From: Podospora anserina
Lineage: Eukaryota
Direction of reading: 5' to 3'
Length of the DNA stretch: 64,000 nucleotides
NCBI GenBank assembly: GCA_017654855.1
Contig: CM030332.1
Location: 7,192,001 to 7,256,000 of the forward strand
The translations under genes were made by a program, and so were the position numbers. Below the pieces are notes generated by a model. It was not told the DNA's origin and searched no databases. It worked only from the letters and a program-made list of their open reading frames with translations. Within the stretch, counting starts at the first letter, position 1, and the number at the start of each line of letters is the position of its first letter. This document shows positions 48,701-61,412 of the stretch, in pieces.

Positions 48701-51634
48701 ATGGAAGGCTCTCCGGACATCAACACTGTCCTCACCAACTCGCTGAGCCCTGGTAAGTCTCTTGCTGCCTTCCTCCCCTCTTTGCAGGCGCGCTGCGGTC
48801 AACGTGAAATGACGTTGTGATCATCGTTGAATCTCCTCTGACACCCACATGCTAACTGATTTTCCTTCCAGATGGCGCGCTCCGTAATGCCGCTGAGCAG
48901 CAGCTCATCCAGGCCGCCGAGCAAAACTTTGTACGTCTTTGCTGGCCTCGCCCTCCTCAGCCCCTATTCTGGCGGTCTCGCTAACATGTTCTGCCCTTCA
49001 GTCACAATACCTCCTGACGCTCGTCCAAGCGTTGGCGAATGAAAATGCCGAAGGACATATTCGAGCCGCCGCCGGTATCGCTCTCAAGAACGCCTTCAGT
49101 GCCCGCGAGTTTGCCAGACAACAGTCTTTACAAGCGAAATGGCTGAACCAGACCGACCAAGAAACCAAGACCCGCGTCAAGCAGCTGGCTCTCGAGACGC
49201 TTTCCTCCACAAATGCCCAGGCCGGCCAGGCTTGCGCTCAGGTCGTCGCTGCCATCGCGGCGATCGAGCTGCCCCGTGACCAGTGGCCAGATCTTATGGC
49301 GTCTCTTGTCCGCAACGTCAGCGAAGGCAGCCCCCACCAGAAGCAGGCCTCCCTCACAACTATCGGGTTCATCTGCGAGAGCCAAGATCAGGATCTGAGG
49401 AACAGCTTGATTGCCCATTCGAACGCCATCTTGACGGCAGTAGTACAGGGTGCTCGCAAGGAGGAGACCAACCTCGAGGTCCGTCTCGCTGCCATCACCG
49501 CGTTGGGTGACTCCCTCGAATTTGTCGGAAACAATTTCAAGCACGAAGGCGAGCGCAACTACATCATGCAGGTTGTCTGCGAGGCCACTCAGGCCGAGGA
49601 CTCTCGGATTCAGCAGGGTGCTTATGGCTGCCTGAACCGCATCATGGCTCTCTACTATGAGAACATGCGGTTCTACATGGAGAAGGCTCTGTTTGGTCTT
49701 ACCATTTTGGGCATGAAGAGCGATGACGAGGATGTTGCCAAGTTGGCGGTTGAGTTCTGGAGCACAGTATGCGAGGAGGAGATTGCCATTGAAGATGACA
49801 ATGCCCAGGTCGAGAGCTCCGAGCAGATGCGCCCATTCTACAACTTCAGTCGCGTTGCCACCAACGAGGTCGTCCCTGTTCTCCTCGCCCTCCTCACCAA
49901 GCAGGACGAGGACGCTTCAGACGACGAGTACAACATCTCGCGTGCCGCCTACCAGTGCTTGCAGCTCTATGCCCAGTCGGTTGGAGCTGCTATTGTCCCT
50001 CCAGTTATTGCGTTTGTCGAGGCCAACCTCCGCCACGACGACTGGCATTACCGTGATGCCGCCGTCTCTGCCTTTGGTGCTATCATGGACGGTCCGGAAG
50101 AAAAGACCTTGGAGGGGATTGTCAAGTCAGGAATGGGCCCTCTCATTGCCATGATGGATGATCCTTCCATCCACGTTAGGGATTCGACCGCTTATGCGCT
50201 CGGCCGTATCACCGAGACCTGCGCCGATGCCATTGACCCTACTCAGCACCTGGATGCTCTGATCCGCTCGCTCTTCAACGGTCTTATGAACACTCCCAAG
50301 ATGGCCGCTTCTTGCTGCTGGGCCCTGATGAACATTGCCGAGAGATTTTCTGGTGACGGCGAGTCCGCTCAAAACCCCTTGACTCCTCACTTCAACCAGA
50401 GCGTCACAAACCTGCTTGCTGTCACCGGCAGAATGGACTGCGAGGCTTCCGTCAGGACTGCTGCCTATGAGGTTCTGAACACGTTCGTGCGCAACGCTGC
50501 CAGCGAGAGTCTCCAGGCTGTCGCCTCTCTTTCCACCGTTACCATCGAGCGATTGGAGGGCACCATCCCAATGCAGGCCCAGGTCGTCAGCATTGAAGAC
50601 AAGATCATCCTCGAGGACATGCAGACCAGTCTCTGCACCGTCCTCCAGGCCATCATCGAGCGCCTGGACAAGGAGATCGCTCCTCAGGGTGACCGTATCA
50701 TGCAGTGCCTGCTCCAGATTCTGAGCAGCGTCAACGGAAAGTCTAGTGTACCCGAGGGCGCTTTCACAACCATCAGCAGTCTTGCCAATGCGATGGAGGA
50801 GGACTTCGTCAAGTACATGGATGCCTTTTCTCCATTCCTTTACAATGCTCTTGGCAACCAAGAAGAGCCGGGTCTCTGCTCGATGGCTATTGGCCTCGTC
50901 AGCGATATCACACGGTCCATGGGCGAGCGCAGCCAGCCTTGGTGCGATAACTTCATGAACTACCTGCTGAACAACCTCAGGAGCACTGCTCTTGCGAACC
51001 AGTTCAAGCCTGCCATCCTCCAATGCTTTGGCGATATTGCTGGCGCTATTGGTGGCCACTTTGAGACATACCTCTCCGTCGTTGCGCAGGTATTGCAGCA
51101 AGCTGCTACCGTCACCGCCGGCGCCGAAGGCTCCTATGAAATGTTCGACTATGTCATCACCCTGAGAGAAGGCATTATGGATGCTTGGGGTGGCATCATC
51201 GGAGCCATGAAGTCTGGCAACAAGAGTATGTTGTGTCCCCTATTCTTGCATGAGAATGTAACTGACCCATTTCTTTTAGCCGCTGTCCTCGAGCCATATG
51301 TTCAGTCAATCTTTGAGATGCTGAACGTCATCGCCAACGATGCTAACCGCAGCGAAGCTTTGATGCGGTCTGCCATGGGTGTCATCGGGTAAGTTACAAT
51401 TCATGGTCATTATTCAAACGCGGCTCTTGCTAACAACCAACCAGTGATCTTGCCGATGCTTATCCTAATGGCCAGCTGGTTGAAGCCTTCCGTGCGGATT
51501 GGCTTACCGCCATGATCAAGGAGACGCGCCAGAACCGCGAGTTCCAGCCCCGCACCATTGAGACTGCTCGCTGGGCCCGCGAACAAGTCAAGCGTCAAAT
51601 CGGCGGCGCTCAGGGCATGATGTCGCAAACATGA
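48701..51634 (+). CDS. KAP95: Importin beta-1 (karyopherin beta), 5 exons
   Basis: IBN_N domain (IRAAAGIALKN), ERNYIMQVVCE, AVEFWSTVCEEE, HEAT repeats and the C-terminal TARWAREQVK. Confidence 0.96.
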
Positions 51635-52769
51635 AGCAAAAAATAATCTTGGCCAGCAAGGAGCTGCCATATCCTCCCCTCCCTTCCTTCGAGTGCTGAG
51701 ACCCATCTGCGTCGGCCCCAGTGGCACCCGACAGTCTGTTCAGCAGTAAAGTGGCCCCGTCAACCTCCCCTTCCCCCCCCCCCATATCCCCCTAAGCAGC
51801 GCAACCTCTGACGACACGGCACAACACAATTCCTACCACACCACACACATCACATGGACGAGTACCGAGATGCACAGGCGGTGTATATAGATCCCATTGC
51901 ACTATTAATTCGGACATCATACCCCTAGAAGACACTACACTATTTTACCGTATCTTTGCGACTGCTGGCACTGTTTTACCCCTTTTTATTTTTATTTTTT
52001 TTATCTTGTTTGTTTGTGGGACGGCATAGAGCGACATCATGTACTTGTTCCATGTTTCCAACGGGTAGGGGCATGGAGCATATGACACCATCATGTAGAG
52101 TTTTTATTCAGCGCATTATCACCCAAAAGGCGGCGGCGGCGGCGGGACGGATGGCTCAAAAACCGGTTCAAGTGGACAGGTTCTGGAGTTTGGATGGGAG
52201 GTCAAAGGAAACGATGATAGCGGAATTCGAACGCAGGTTGACATACACATGGAGTTTTGATCATGATCTAAGCAATGCATGTATTGCCAGGACCGCTACT
52301 CAACACGCAGCACAAGAAGAGCAGCAACAACACACCAAGAAAAGCACCTAGCGTGTCGATTTGGTCATCATGGCTTTGCTCGACATGAATGGCGGGAGGG
52401 TGGAACTCGGGAAACGGATCTATACCAACCGTTTTCTTTTTGCTTTGGCGGACCTTTTGTCGAATGACGAATGGCTTTTGTTATTGTGATTACGGATTAG
52501 GTAGACAGAGAGAGCTAGGAATGAGAAGTTACCCCTAACAAATAGGATGAGGCTGGCTGTGTGATGTGACTGCTGTTGCGTGTATGAATACCATTAGGGA
52601 TGAGATGTTGTATCTTGATGATGTCAAGTCTAACGTCTATGGGTTTTTTAGAACGGTGTTGTCCCAAGAAATGATGCTGTAACTCAGGTAGTATGAACTT
52701 TGCCTCCCGCGCGGGAGAGGATGTGGTAGGTAGGTGGTACAACATCTGGATCCGGGTCCATCGAGGTCG

Positions 52770-52812
52770 ACACACACACACACACACTCACTCACTCACA
52801 CACAGACACACA
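52770..52812. repeat. (CA)n-type microsatellite, imperfect
   Basis: acacacacacacacacactcactcactcacacacagacacaca. Confidence 0.85.
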
Positions 52813-55800
52813 AGCACACGGAATGAAACGGGACGGATGGACGGGCCCGGCGAGCGGTGGGGGGAGGTGGCGGGACGGGTTACTTTGATTTTGGGATTCT
52901 GAGCCGTTTCTGCTGGTTTGGAGACTTGCGGGGATGGCCTGCTGAGATGAGGAGGTTGAGATTTGCCGTGGTGGTATCAATCTGACAAGACGGGGGAAAG
53001 GAAGAGGTTGAGAAGATGGGGGTAAGGTAGGAAGGTAGGCAGTGATTGGGGATCAGATAAGATTTCCCGCTGGGTGATTTAAAGGCTTTTAGCGGAGGCG
53101 ATGAGTCTGGGAGGACCATGGATGAGGGGTCCAGGTAGGTAGGTGATGGCTTAGGGACTGAATCTAGAACATGGATATCCACGGGGGATGGCTTAGGCAA
53201 GATCCAGTTGCCGGGTGCTGTCGGCTTGGGAGGTGAAGAGGATTGGGTATGGGGGGAAGGAAGTGGCTGTTGGTGTTGGGTAGGGCTTGGGCTTCTTTTC
53301 TTGGGTTGCTTACTCACCCTCCTACCCCCTCCCTAGATGTCCGGCTGGTGCTTTAAAGGAAGGTCAGGGTAGGGCTCCTCTCTGATGATGAATAGACAGT
53401 AGCTTTGTTGTTTTGTTAGCAGGCTGGCAATTCTAGTTATTCGTAACCTACCTAGGGTTTCACTTGGGACGGGATTGGTGGATTGCCATGATGGGCTTGA
53501 GATGGGGATGGGCAAGGCTCGGGTGATTCGGGCTTTGGTCGGCGGGTTTGTTTTCCCTGTTACACAGAAGAGAAAGGGAACGAGGGCTATTACGAGAACT
53601 CTTGATGAGGGGGCGTTTCTTGGGCTACGGCCCGTTCTTATCATGTTTTGCAGCTTTTTGTGGTTCTGGTGAAGTAGAGGACTGGTTCCTCCTCAGTAAT
53701 TTGTGCTGTTGTAAGAGACAGAGAAGACATGGGGAGGAATGGGTGTAATTTCTTTTGGTCAAGATAAATAGTCCGGGATGGATTGTTCGTTTGATCATTG
53801 GGTATGTATTTGGTGATGGTTGGGTTTGTGTTGGTGACGCTGGGGGCTCGGTGTGGTGGTGGTTGTGTAAGTGGGACAGTGCGTGGGCGTTTTGCTCTGA
53901 TCCGAGTAGAGAAAGCACAATTCTGAGTCGGTACATTCTATGTTATTGATTCTGCATCTTCCAGTATTCAAAGTATGTGTTTCCGGAGTTGGTTTGGAAG
54001 ATCGATGTTGATATCAACATGAAACCAGATGTGAACATGTCCGGACAGTGTCGTTAACACTGTTGTGGGAGTTCAAGCGTCGTTTGTTCAGGGGTCTGTT
54101 TTTGGGGTTCTTTCTTGTCACACCGTCGGGCAGAACTTCAGCGAGCCTCCTCCTCAATGCCCCCACACTCTCACGTCTCTCGCTGTGACACTTTTTCTGG
54201 ACTGTGCCGCTGCCGTGGTGGGTGTGTGGGCAGGCAGACAGGCCAGTGGGCTGGCGGCAGGTCGTGCAGCATGAATTGAATCGGGGCTTATTCCGTGCCG
54301 TCGTGTTGGTGGGCATTTGTGGGTGTGGTCGCTCGGCAAGCAGCGGTTGTGAGAGTGGACTTGATGGACTAGAACTCTTGGCTGGGCTGGCAAAGAGGAC
54401 CGGTCAGGGTAGCAATATGTCTGCTTTGATGAAAGTACCCAGAGGCTCACAACCACGGAGCACGGCATGTCAGACGGCGGGAAGGGAAGGGAAGGGGAAT
54501 GCGAGTGGGTGTGCCGAGGTGGTGGTGGGGGGAAGAGTATCTGGGGAGTTGGAGAGAAGATCAGGAAAAGAACGGCAGGTAACATAGTCTCATCAGGGAT
54601 GGCCGAATATTGAGGCAGTAGAGGTGGACGGTTTTATGTTGCAATGTCACACTGCAATGGCAGGCAAGCCAACGAAGTACAAGATAATTGCCCGAAATAA
54701 TCTTTGAAGATCAAAGATGATTTGCATGATACTGGATGGTTTTGGAGAGCAGTCTGACACGCCACGCAACACCCACTACAATGATACAGACCGGACTAGG
54801 CTCGCCATATTGCACCATGATGGAAATGGGACGGAAACGTGGGACCAGGGGGATGGATAAATGACATGATGCTGCGTGGATGGACACTCGGGCGGCAGGC
54901 CGGCCTTGTTGGTGATAGGCAGTGCGCCGTGAGAACCAACGAATACGTCTCGTCGCTATCTTTACGATGGGATTTGATCCGTTCGTACATGAAGTTCAAG
55001 GATAATGTGCCTCACTCTCAATAGATAATACCATAACCACGTGTGGCTGGTTTTCTATCAGCCTTCTGGGGGGGAGGGGGAAGATGTGACGGACGGAAAC
55101 CCGGCGAGGGGAGAGGGGGGTGGGATGAAGCAAAGGAACTATAGTTGCTTTTTCCTCGTCTTCTTCTCTCTCTCTTTTCCTCTCACCGGTGAACCAATCC
55201 TCTATCACCAAGCAGCACGTTTCATGGCATTATACTTCAATGTCTCGCTGAGAGGATAGTTTAAAGCCAGCGCCAGCACGGCCCAAGCGACCAGTGGAAT
55301 GTTCCTTTTTTTTTTTTTTGTTTTTTTTTTTCTTTTTTTTTTGGGCTCGAATTCAAGCCTGAAGCACCCCCGCAGTTTGCCCCGAAAAGAGCGCCCGGCA
55401 ACACGTTTTCCTCCACTTTTGCCCTGGAAGGTTAGCTGCCTAGAGCGCTGCCGTCACGTTTTGCAAACACCCCCACACCCCCTCGACCTGGCAACTCACA
55501 GAGATCAGATTGGACCTCGACTTTGCCCTGCCGGCAACATTCCCACCCCACTGGCAGCAACAGCTGTTCCTTTCCGGCGTCCCTCCGGCAAGCATTCCAC
55601 CATCCGGTCTTCGTTCTAGGCTTCTTGTTCGTTTTGAATATCCTTAACAGTGGTGGAATACGGCGGGGAAGAATTCCTGGTGCAGATCAAAACCTCGCGA
55701 ATCGTGCATCGCGGCGCGCGACGTGCGGCTGTGATTTGCATCGCCGGTAGTGCTGAGGACGACACACCGGTGTAAGAGAGTGCGAGCGGGACCGGAAGGC

Positions 55801-55846
55801 AGGAGAGCAACATCAGGAGGTCGCTGTCGCAACAAAAAGATAAAAG

Positions 55847-55972
55847 ATGGATGTTGAAATGAAGGGCGTGGTTGCTCCTGATGCTGCCGGTACCAACGTC
55901 ACGATGGACATGCCACCTCCTCCGCTGCCGGCTTCTGCTATTGCGGCTGCCGCCCAGTTACAGCTGCAGCAA

Positions 55973-56013
<41 letters not shown>

Positions 56014-59000
56014 ACAGATCCAGCAACAACAGATTCAGCAACAACACCCACAGCATCACCACCATCAATTGCAGCAGCACCCACAGTCGCCGGTAGCTCT
56101 AGCACAACCACAACAACAGCAGCCATCCCAAGCCCCTCCAGCGGCTCCACCTGTCAAGAGGAGAGCTCCTATTGCCTGCCGAAGGTGCGTACTTTGATCC
56201 TATTCTGTCTATCGGTTGCCGATCAAACCAGTCGGAATCTGTTTGGTGCATATATGCCCAGAAGCTCAGTTCCCTGTTTCCCTCCATTTCATCTTTAGAT
56301 ATTGCCAATGTGTGCCAGGTTGTAAAGCTCCTTGACCTAACATATATCTTGTTCGTCTCTACTTTAGATGTCGTCGTATGAGAAGCAAATGCCACCAAAC
56401 GGACAAGGGAAAGCCACCTTGCCAATCATGCACCGATGCAGGACTTGGACCAGAAGACTGGTGAGATCAACCTCATCCCAATGACCTGAGGGATTTCCTT
56501 TGTTTGTCAGTGATTGCTGATGCGCGTGTAAAGTGTCTTTCCAGTCCGCGGCCAACCAGATGAGGACCGCGAATACCGGCACCCTCGGGTCCGGGCTGAT
56601 AAGAATAGTAAACGAGAGGTTCTCAAGTTTCGAAGGGATGTCCTGGACCAGCAGCAGCAGCAGCAGCAGCAGCAGATTCTAGCCAACGGAGCGGTGATGA
56701 GCCCTGGAGGAAAGCTCATTGCCCGAAGCCCGGACGACTGGGAGGTCCTGCCACCGTTGGAGGATATCCTAGACGCAGTGAACAACTTTACGAGACATTA
56801 CTTCCAGTTGGGATTCATCCCCAAGCAGAGGTTTATCGAGAAATTGACGGTTAACCCCCGGTCAGTCAGCTTGTTTCTGCTTCTGGGAATACTAAGTGTC
56901 AGCGCTAGGTTGACGCCGGCGTTGGTCGAGCGGTACGGCGGTGCTATGAACGCGGCCGAGATCTTCATGGAGCATGCTTCGGCTGTGGCAATGATGGAGC
57001 TATACAGGGAGCCAAGTCTGGAGAGGTGCCAGGCGTTCTATCTGTTGAGTATCGCGCAGCAAGGGAGTGGTCTGACTCACAAGAGCTCGATCAACATGGC
57101 CGTCGCTATGAGGATGGCAACACTGCTCAAGCTGCACAGGGAGGAGACGTACGTCTTGGTAAACCCAACAAAGGAGCTGGTAATCCAAGCCGAATCAGCA
57201 AGGAGAACTTTGGTACGTTCTTGAACTGTCGAAACCTGGAGAAGGGGCTTGCTAACCGTGCATCTAGTGGATGCTTCACAGCCAGGACAATTTGCACTCA
57301 AGCGCACAGTCGCCTGTGCTGCTGGCAGCCAGCGACATCACGGCATTGCTTCCCTGTGACGAACAAGACTTTGCGGCGGCTCGGGAACCCAAATCGAGAG
57401 CAGCTCTCGAGGACACCCAACCTGCATTGGAGAAACCCGAGCTGATTGCTGACCCAGGGAGGTCACTGTTTGCGACGTTGATCCAGGCGCATTACTACTG
57501 GGGCAGGATCTCTAGACGGGCCATCAGTCACGATAAGAGTGCGAGACCGTGGGAGCCAACCAGTCAGTATGCTGTCCTGGAAAAGAAACTGGCCGGGTGG
57601 GAGGCATTGCTGCCGAATGACCATAGGTGGAGCAGCCTGTTGCTGAAGGGCTACAAGCAGGAAGGTCATGATCTGGTGTGCTTATCGAACGCTATTTGCT
57701 GCGTGGCCCTTTGCTAATTTGAGTTCTATGCAGGCATATCTCGGAGTGACCATGACGCCGCGGCTCTGCAACATTGTGCTCCGTAAGGCGTACATACACA
57801 ACATGATCAACCATGGCACTTCAGACGCGACCTTGGCGCGCTTTTGGAATGATATGGCGCAAGAGCTGTTCAGAAATGTCAAGGAGTTGTATGAGCAAAT
57901 CCAGATCCAGTACGGAGACAGAGCTCCAGACGAGGGTCCCGGAGCCCAGATGGCTGTAAGAATCATTCGGCTTTTGGCACTGAGAGCTGTACTGACAGAT
58001 GGCAGGCTTTCTGTGTATATACATGTGGCTTCCTGGCATGCTATCTGTGCAAATATCCCAAGTGTAGGTTCTACCTTGCTGGCTAGCGATGGCAAGGAAA
58101 TATGCTAACATTTTCACAGTGTGTGCCGACTCTATTCTCGTGCGTGATGCTCCGCAGATTGTCCAGCGCATCCTCGGTATCCTGAACGAGAGCAAGAACA
58201 TCTGGCCGCTCGCGTCTAGGTGGTTCGACCACCTGGAAAAGTTTTCAAGAACGAAAACAGGAATGGCAGCAGAAACGCAGGGCAGCATGGCTGATAGCGT
58301 GAGTGCTCCGAGTTCGAACAGCACACAAGTCCACCCCATTTCCTCTCCTCCACCCTCTTCTTCATCTTCGGGAGACTTAGTGTCTTCAATCCAGAGAGAT
58401 CCAATCCCTCACGTCCTGCAGCCGGCGCTCAAGGATGTGTTCACACCGATCCAGCCGCGTCTCCTGCCAGCGTCAACTCCTTCGACCGAAGGCGCCAAGA
58501 ATCACAACGGTGTGGTGTCCCCAACATCCACACAAGGCAGCGGTCCAAGCTCTGCCATCTTGCCGCTACCCCAGGGTCCGCCTCCCTCGGCCAATTCTCA
58601 TCAGTTGTATATTGATCCCAACTTGAGACTGCCACTGCCTAATGCGCCGCCGCCTCCGCACGCACCTCAGCAGCAACATCAGGTCCAGTCGCCTCAGCAA
58701 CAGCATGCTCAGCATTCACCGACAGGAGGCGGTAGGCAGTCTACTGATGGGCTTGGGCTTTTGTTGGAGGCGTTCGATACTCATCGGTCGGCTCCAGGAC
58801 CTCCCGGGCCCGGTCAACATCCTCACAGCGCTGAGGGACAGGGCCCACCACCGGGCGCCCCGTATGATCCTCAGGCGGCACCGCAGCCGTATTACACGCA
58901 GCATCAAGGATTGCCGATGAATGACGGGTATGAGAACGAGTTGGGGTATTACATGAGCGATGGGGTGCCTCAAACTATGCAGAACTGGGGTGGGACGCCG

Positions 59001-59021
59001 CACATGTACACGGGGTACTAG
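55847..59021 (+). CDS. Zn(II)2Cys6 transcription factor with a fungal-specific TF (middle homology) domain and poly-Gln tracts; multi-exon
   Basis: The zinc cluster ACRRCRRMRSKCHQTDKGKPPCQSCTDAGLGPEDCVFP is split by two introns. SLERCQAFYLL...AMRMA...LHRE...ESARRTLW is the middle homology region. Confidence 0.9.
55965..56045 (+). repeat. CAA/CAG repeat encoding poly-Gln in the Zn2Cys6 TF
   Basis: (CAGCAA)n run encoding QLQQQQQQQQQQQQQQQQIQQQQIQQQ. Confidence 0.9.
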
Positions 59022-59820
59022 TGCTTTGGTTGAGCGAGGTGGATCATTTTTGGTACTGGCTTTTTTCCTTTGATGTGGGTGGATGGGTAGTCGTTTGATA
59101 GCGGGAGTTGGGAAAAAGATATTTCGTCGTTTAGGTCAAGGGTATTGTTTTTGCTTTGGGGATGACTTTGGTCATTCTTTTGCCTACGGGGATACGAAGG
59201 TAGGCTATGGGATAAAAACTTGGACCGGGAAATCGGGATGGCAAGTGTCTTTTGTTAACATGTTTCTGAACTCTGGAGCTTTGGGGGTAACAGCGGTGGA
59301 TTTTGATCTGCTGCCTTTTTGCTTATGGGGTTACTTGTTTCCTTCAGTCGACCCGGCCATTATTGTTTCCTTGTGTCTTTTAGTAAGGAAGAAGGAGTGA
59401 TACAAATCTTGAGTCTTGATTCAATGACAGGGGAATAAACAGCATTTTCTTCTTGCCCCTGAATGTTGGCCCAGCGCCAAGTGGTGTTGATGTGCATATA
59501 TCCATTATGATTCGATTATGGAATATGCAACCACCAGCGGTCTATCCGAACTTTCGCCGCCAAGCGCGGCATTCCGTCATAGGACGGGAGCTGGAGAGCG
59601 TTTTCGGTTGGCGGCAGTTCAGTAGGTGATTTTTGGATGCTGGAAATAATTCTGGATTAGCAATCCTAATCCACCACCACACAAACACGTAACACCCACG
59701 CTAGATCTCTACAGTTCTCGACGTTGACAATCCTGAACCTTTTCCTCCCAATCTCAGTAAAAAGCAAAAACCTGCGTTCGACCGAAAACGAGCGAAACCC
59801 CCAAAGGAAAAAGAAAAAAA

Positions 59821-60479
59821 ATGGCTACCCCGCGCCCGGAGCAGGCGCAAAAGGTGCTTTCGCTGGTATGCCTGCCCCAGAAAATTTTTTTTGGATTGAG
59901 CAAGTAGAGGATAAATGCTAATGATGGATTGGGGAGGGGGGGGGGGAACAACAGTACAAGCAACTCCTCCGGCAATCCTCCCAGTTTGCCAACTACAACT
60001 TTCGCGAGTACGCCAAGCGACGGACGAGGGATGCGTTCAGGGAGAACAAGAATGTGGAGGAGGAAAGGAGGGTGCAGGAGCTGGTGCAGGAGGGTTTGAA
60101 CCAGTTGCACTTGTTGAAGGTGAGTCACGGATTTCCGCGGTGAAGTCTGAATGGGGGGCGGGGAGGGGACAGATATTTGGGAAAGAGAGTAGGATTTTGA
60201 TACCGGGGAGAAGAGGGAGGCTTGGGGGTTATGGCGCTGGAGGAGACATAAAAAAGAAGAGAAGCAGACACAGTGGCTAACGAGATACCGACAGAGGCAA
60301 ACAATGATCAGCCAGTTTTACAAGCACGACAGGCTTGTGGTGGAGGGCGGGCTCTCAGGGAAGGATAAGGGTGGGAAAGTGCTCAGGCAGAAGGATACCG
60401 GGTAGGTTCTTGATCCTTGCACTCCGAATCTGCAGAAGACGGGAGGTGCTAATACAACCTGACTCGCAGCTGGGATTAA
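59821..60479 (+). CDS. ISD11: LYR-motif protein Isd11/LYRM4 (Fe-S cluster assembly); 4 exons
   Basis: The spliced product reads [36 protein letters not shown]...[19 protein letters not shown]...QKDTG|WD-TAA. The ORF track misses it. Confidence 0.93.
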
Positions 60480-61412
60480 AGGTGTCAGCGGACGAAGAGG
60501 CAGTGTCTAGGAGGACCGACATAGGGCTGTTTGTATAAATACTAGGAACAAGGACGCTTTAACAAGAAGGCAGGCGTTTTTGCTGTACAGGGACCAGCAC
60601 AAATAAAGGGGGTGCGTCTTTTTCAGTGTACCTCTGAGGACAATGATATCATGTGGTGTTGGCGGTGGCAGAAAAGGGAATCAAACTCAGCTTCATTCTT
60701 CTCAATGGAGTCAACAAGAGTGTGCCTACCTGTCTGGTCCTGGAAGCTTTGGCGAGGTCCGAATCTTTGTGTGTTGCTGGCTCACACTGATGACTTCTCG
60801 GATATATCGATATCGCTCTATCCGACTAGTGCACTGCCTGTGCATTTCGACACGCGAGGTGCTGACAACACGCGAATTGGCAGGGCAGCCGCGAATCAGA
60901 TCGAGGTCCTCAAAAGCAATCAACCAAGTCTCTTTCTTCCATTTCAATATACCAAATTGCGCCCATCTTTTCTTGAGAGCCATCTCCAGCCAACCATCAA
61001 ATTATTTTACTCCAACAACTGTTACCAGCACAGTACGTACTCATTGACATATCTAGCGCCCGTTACGAAAAATCCCCAAATCCACCATCGAGACCAACCA
61101 ACCTTACTTGCGACCGATCATCATCCTTCCTAGTCCTCGCCGGTCTCGACTTACGCCACTGTCGTCGGTGTCGCGACGCCACGCCCCGTAACGTTGTGCG
61201 CAAATCCACAAGTCCCCTGCGCCAGCTCCGGAGTCTCCGTTGCTTCCGGCCGAGGCCAGCGGAACTCGGAATCCATAATCCAAAAGTTGTCGCGGGGTGA
61301 CGTGAGATCCGGCGCGAGCTTCGGGGTCCGGTCCGTTTAGCACTGTGCAACAGGGGTAGCGGTCATTGATTTGTTGCTGCGTTTTTTGTTTTTGCCTTGG
61401 TTTTGTTTTACA

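Noticed and set aside
50127..51101. 324-aa antisense ORF over KAP95
   Set aside because: Shadow ORF produced by codon bias in the sense gene
5838..51279. Several stop-free introns with lengths divisible by 3 (NUP53 60 nt, SDR 57 nt, LEU4 63 nt, KAP95 54 nt)
   Set aside because: About this many are expected by chance among dozens of short introns; there is no evidence for regulated retention
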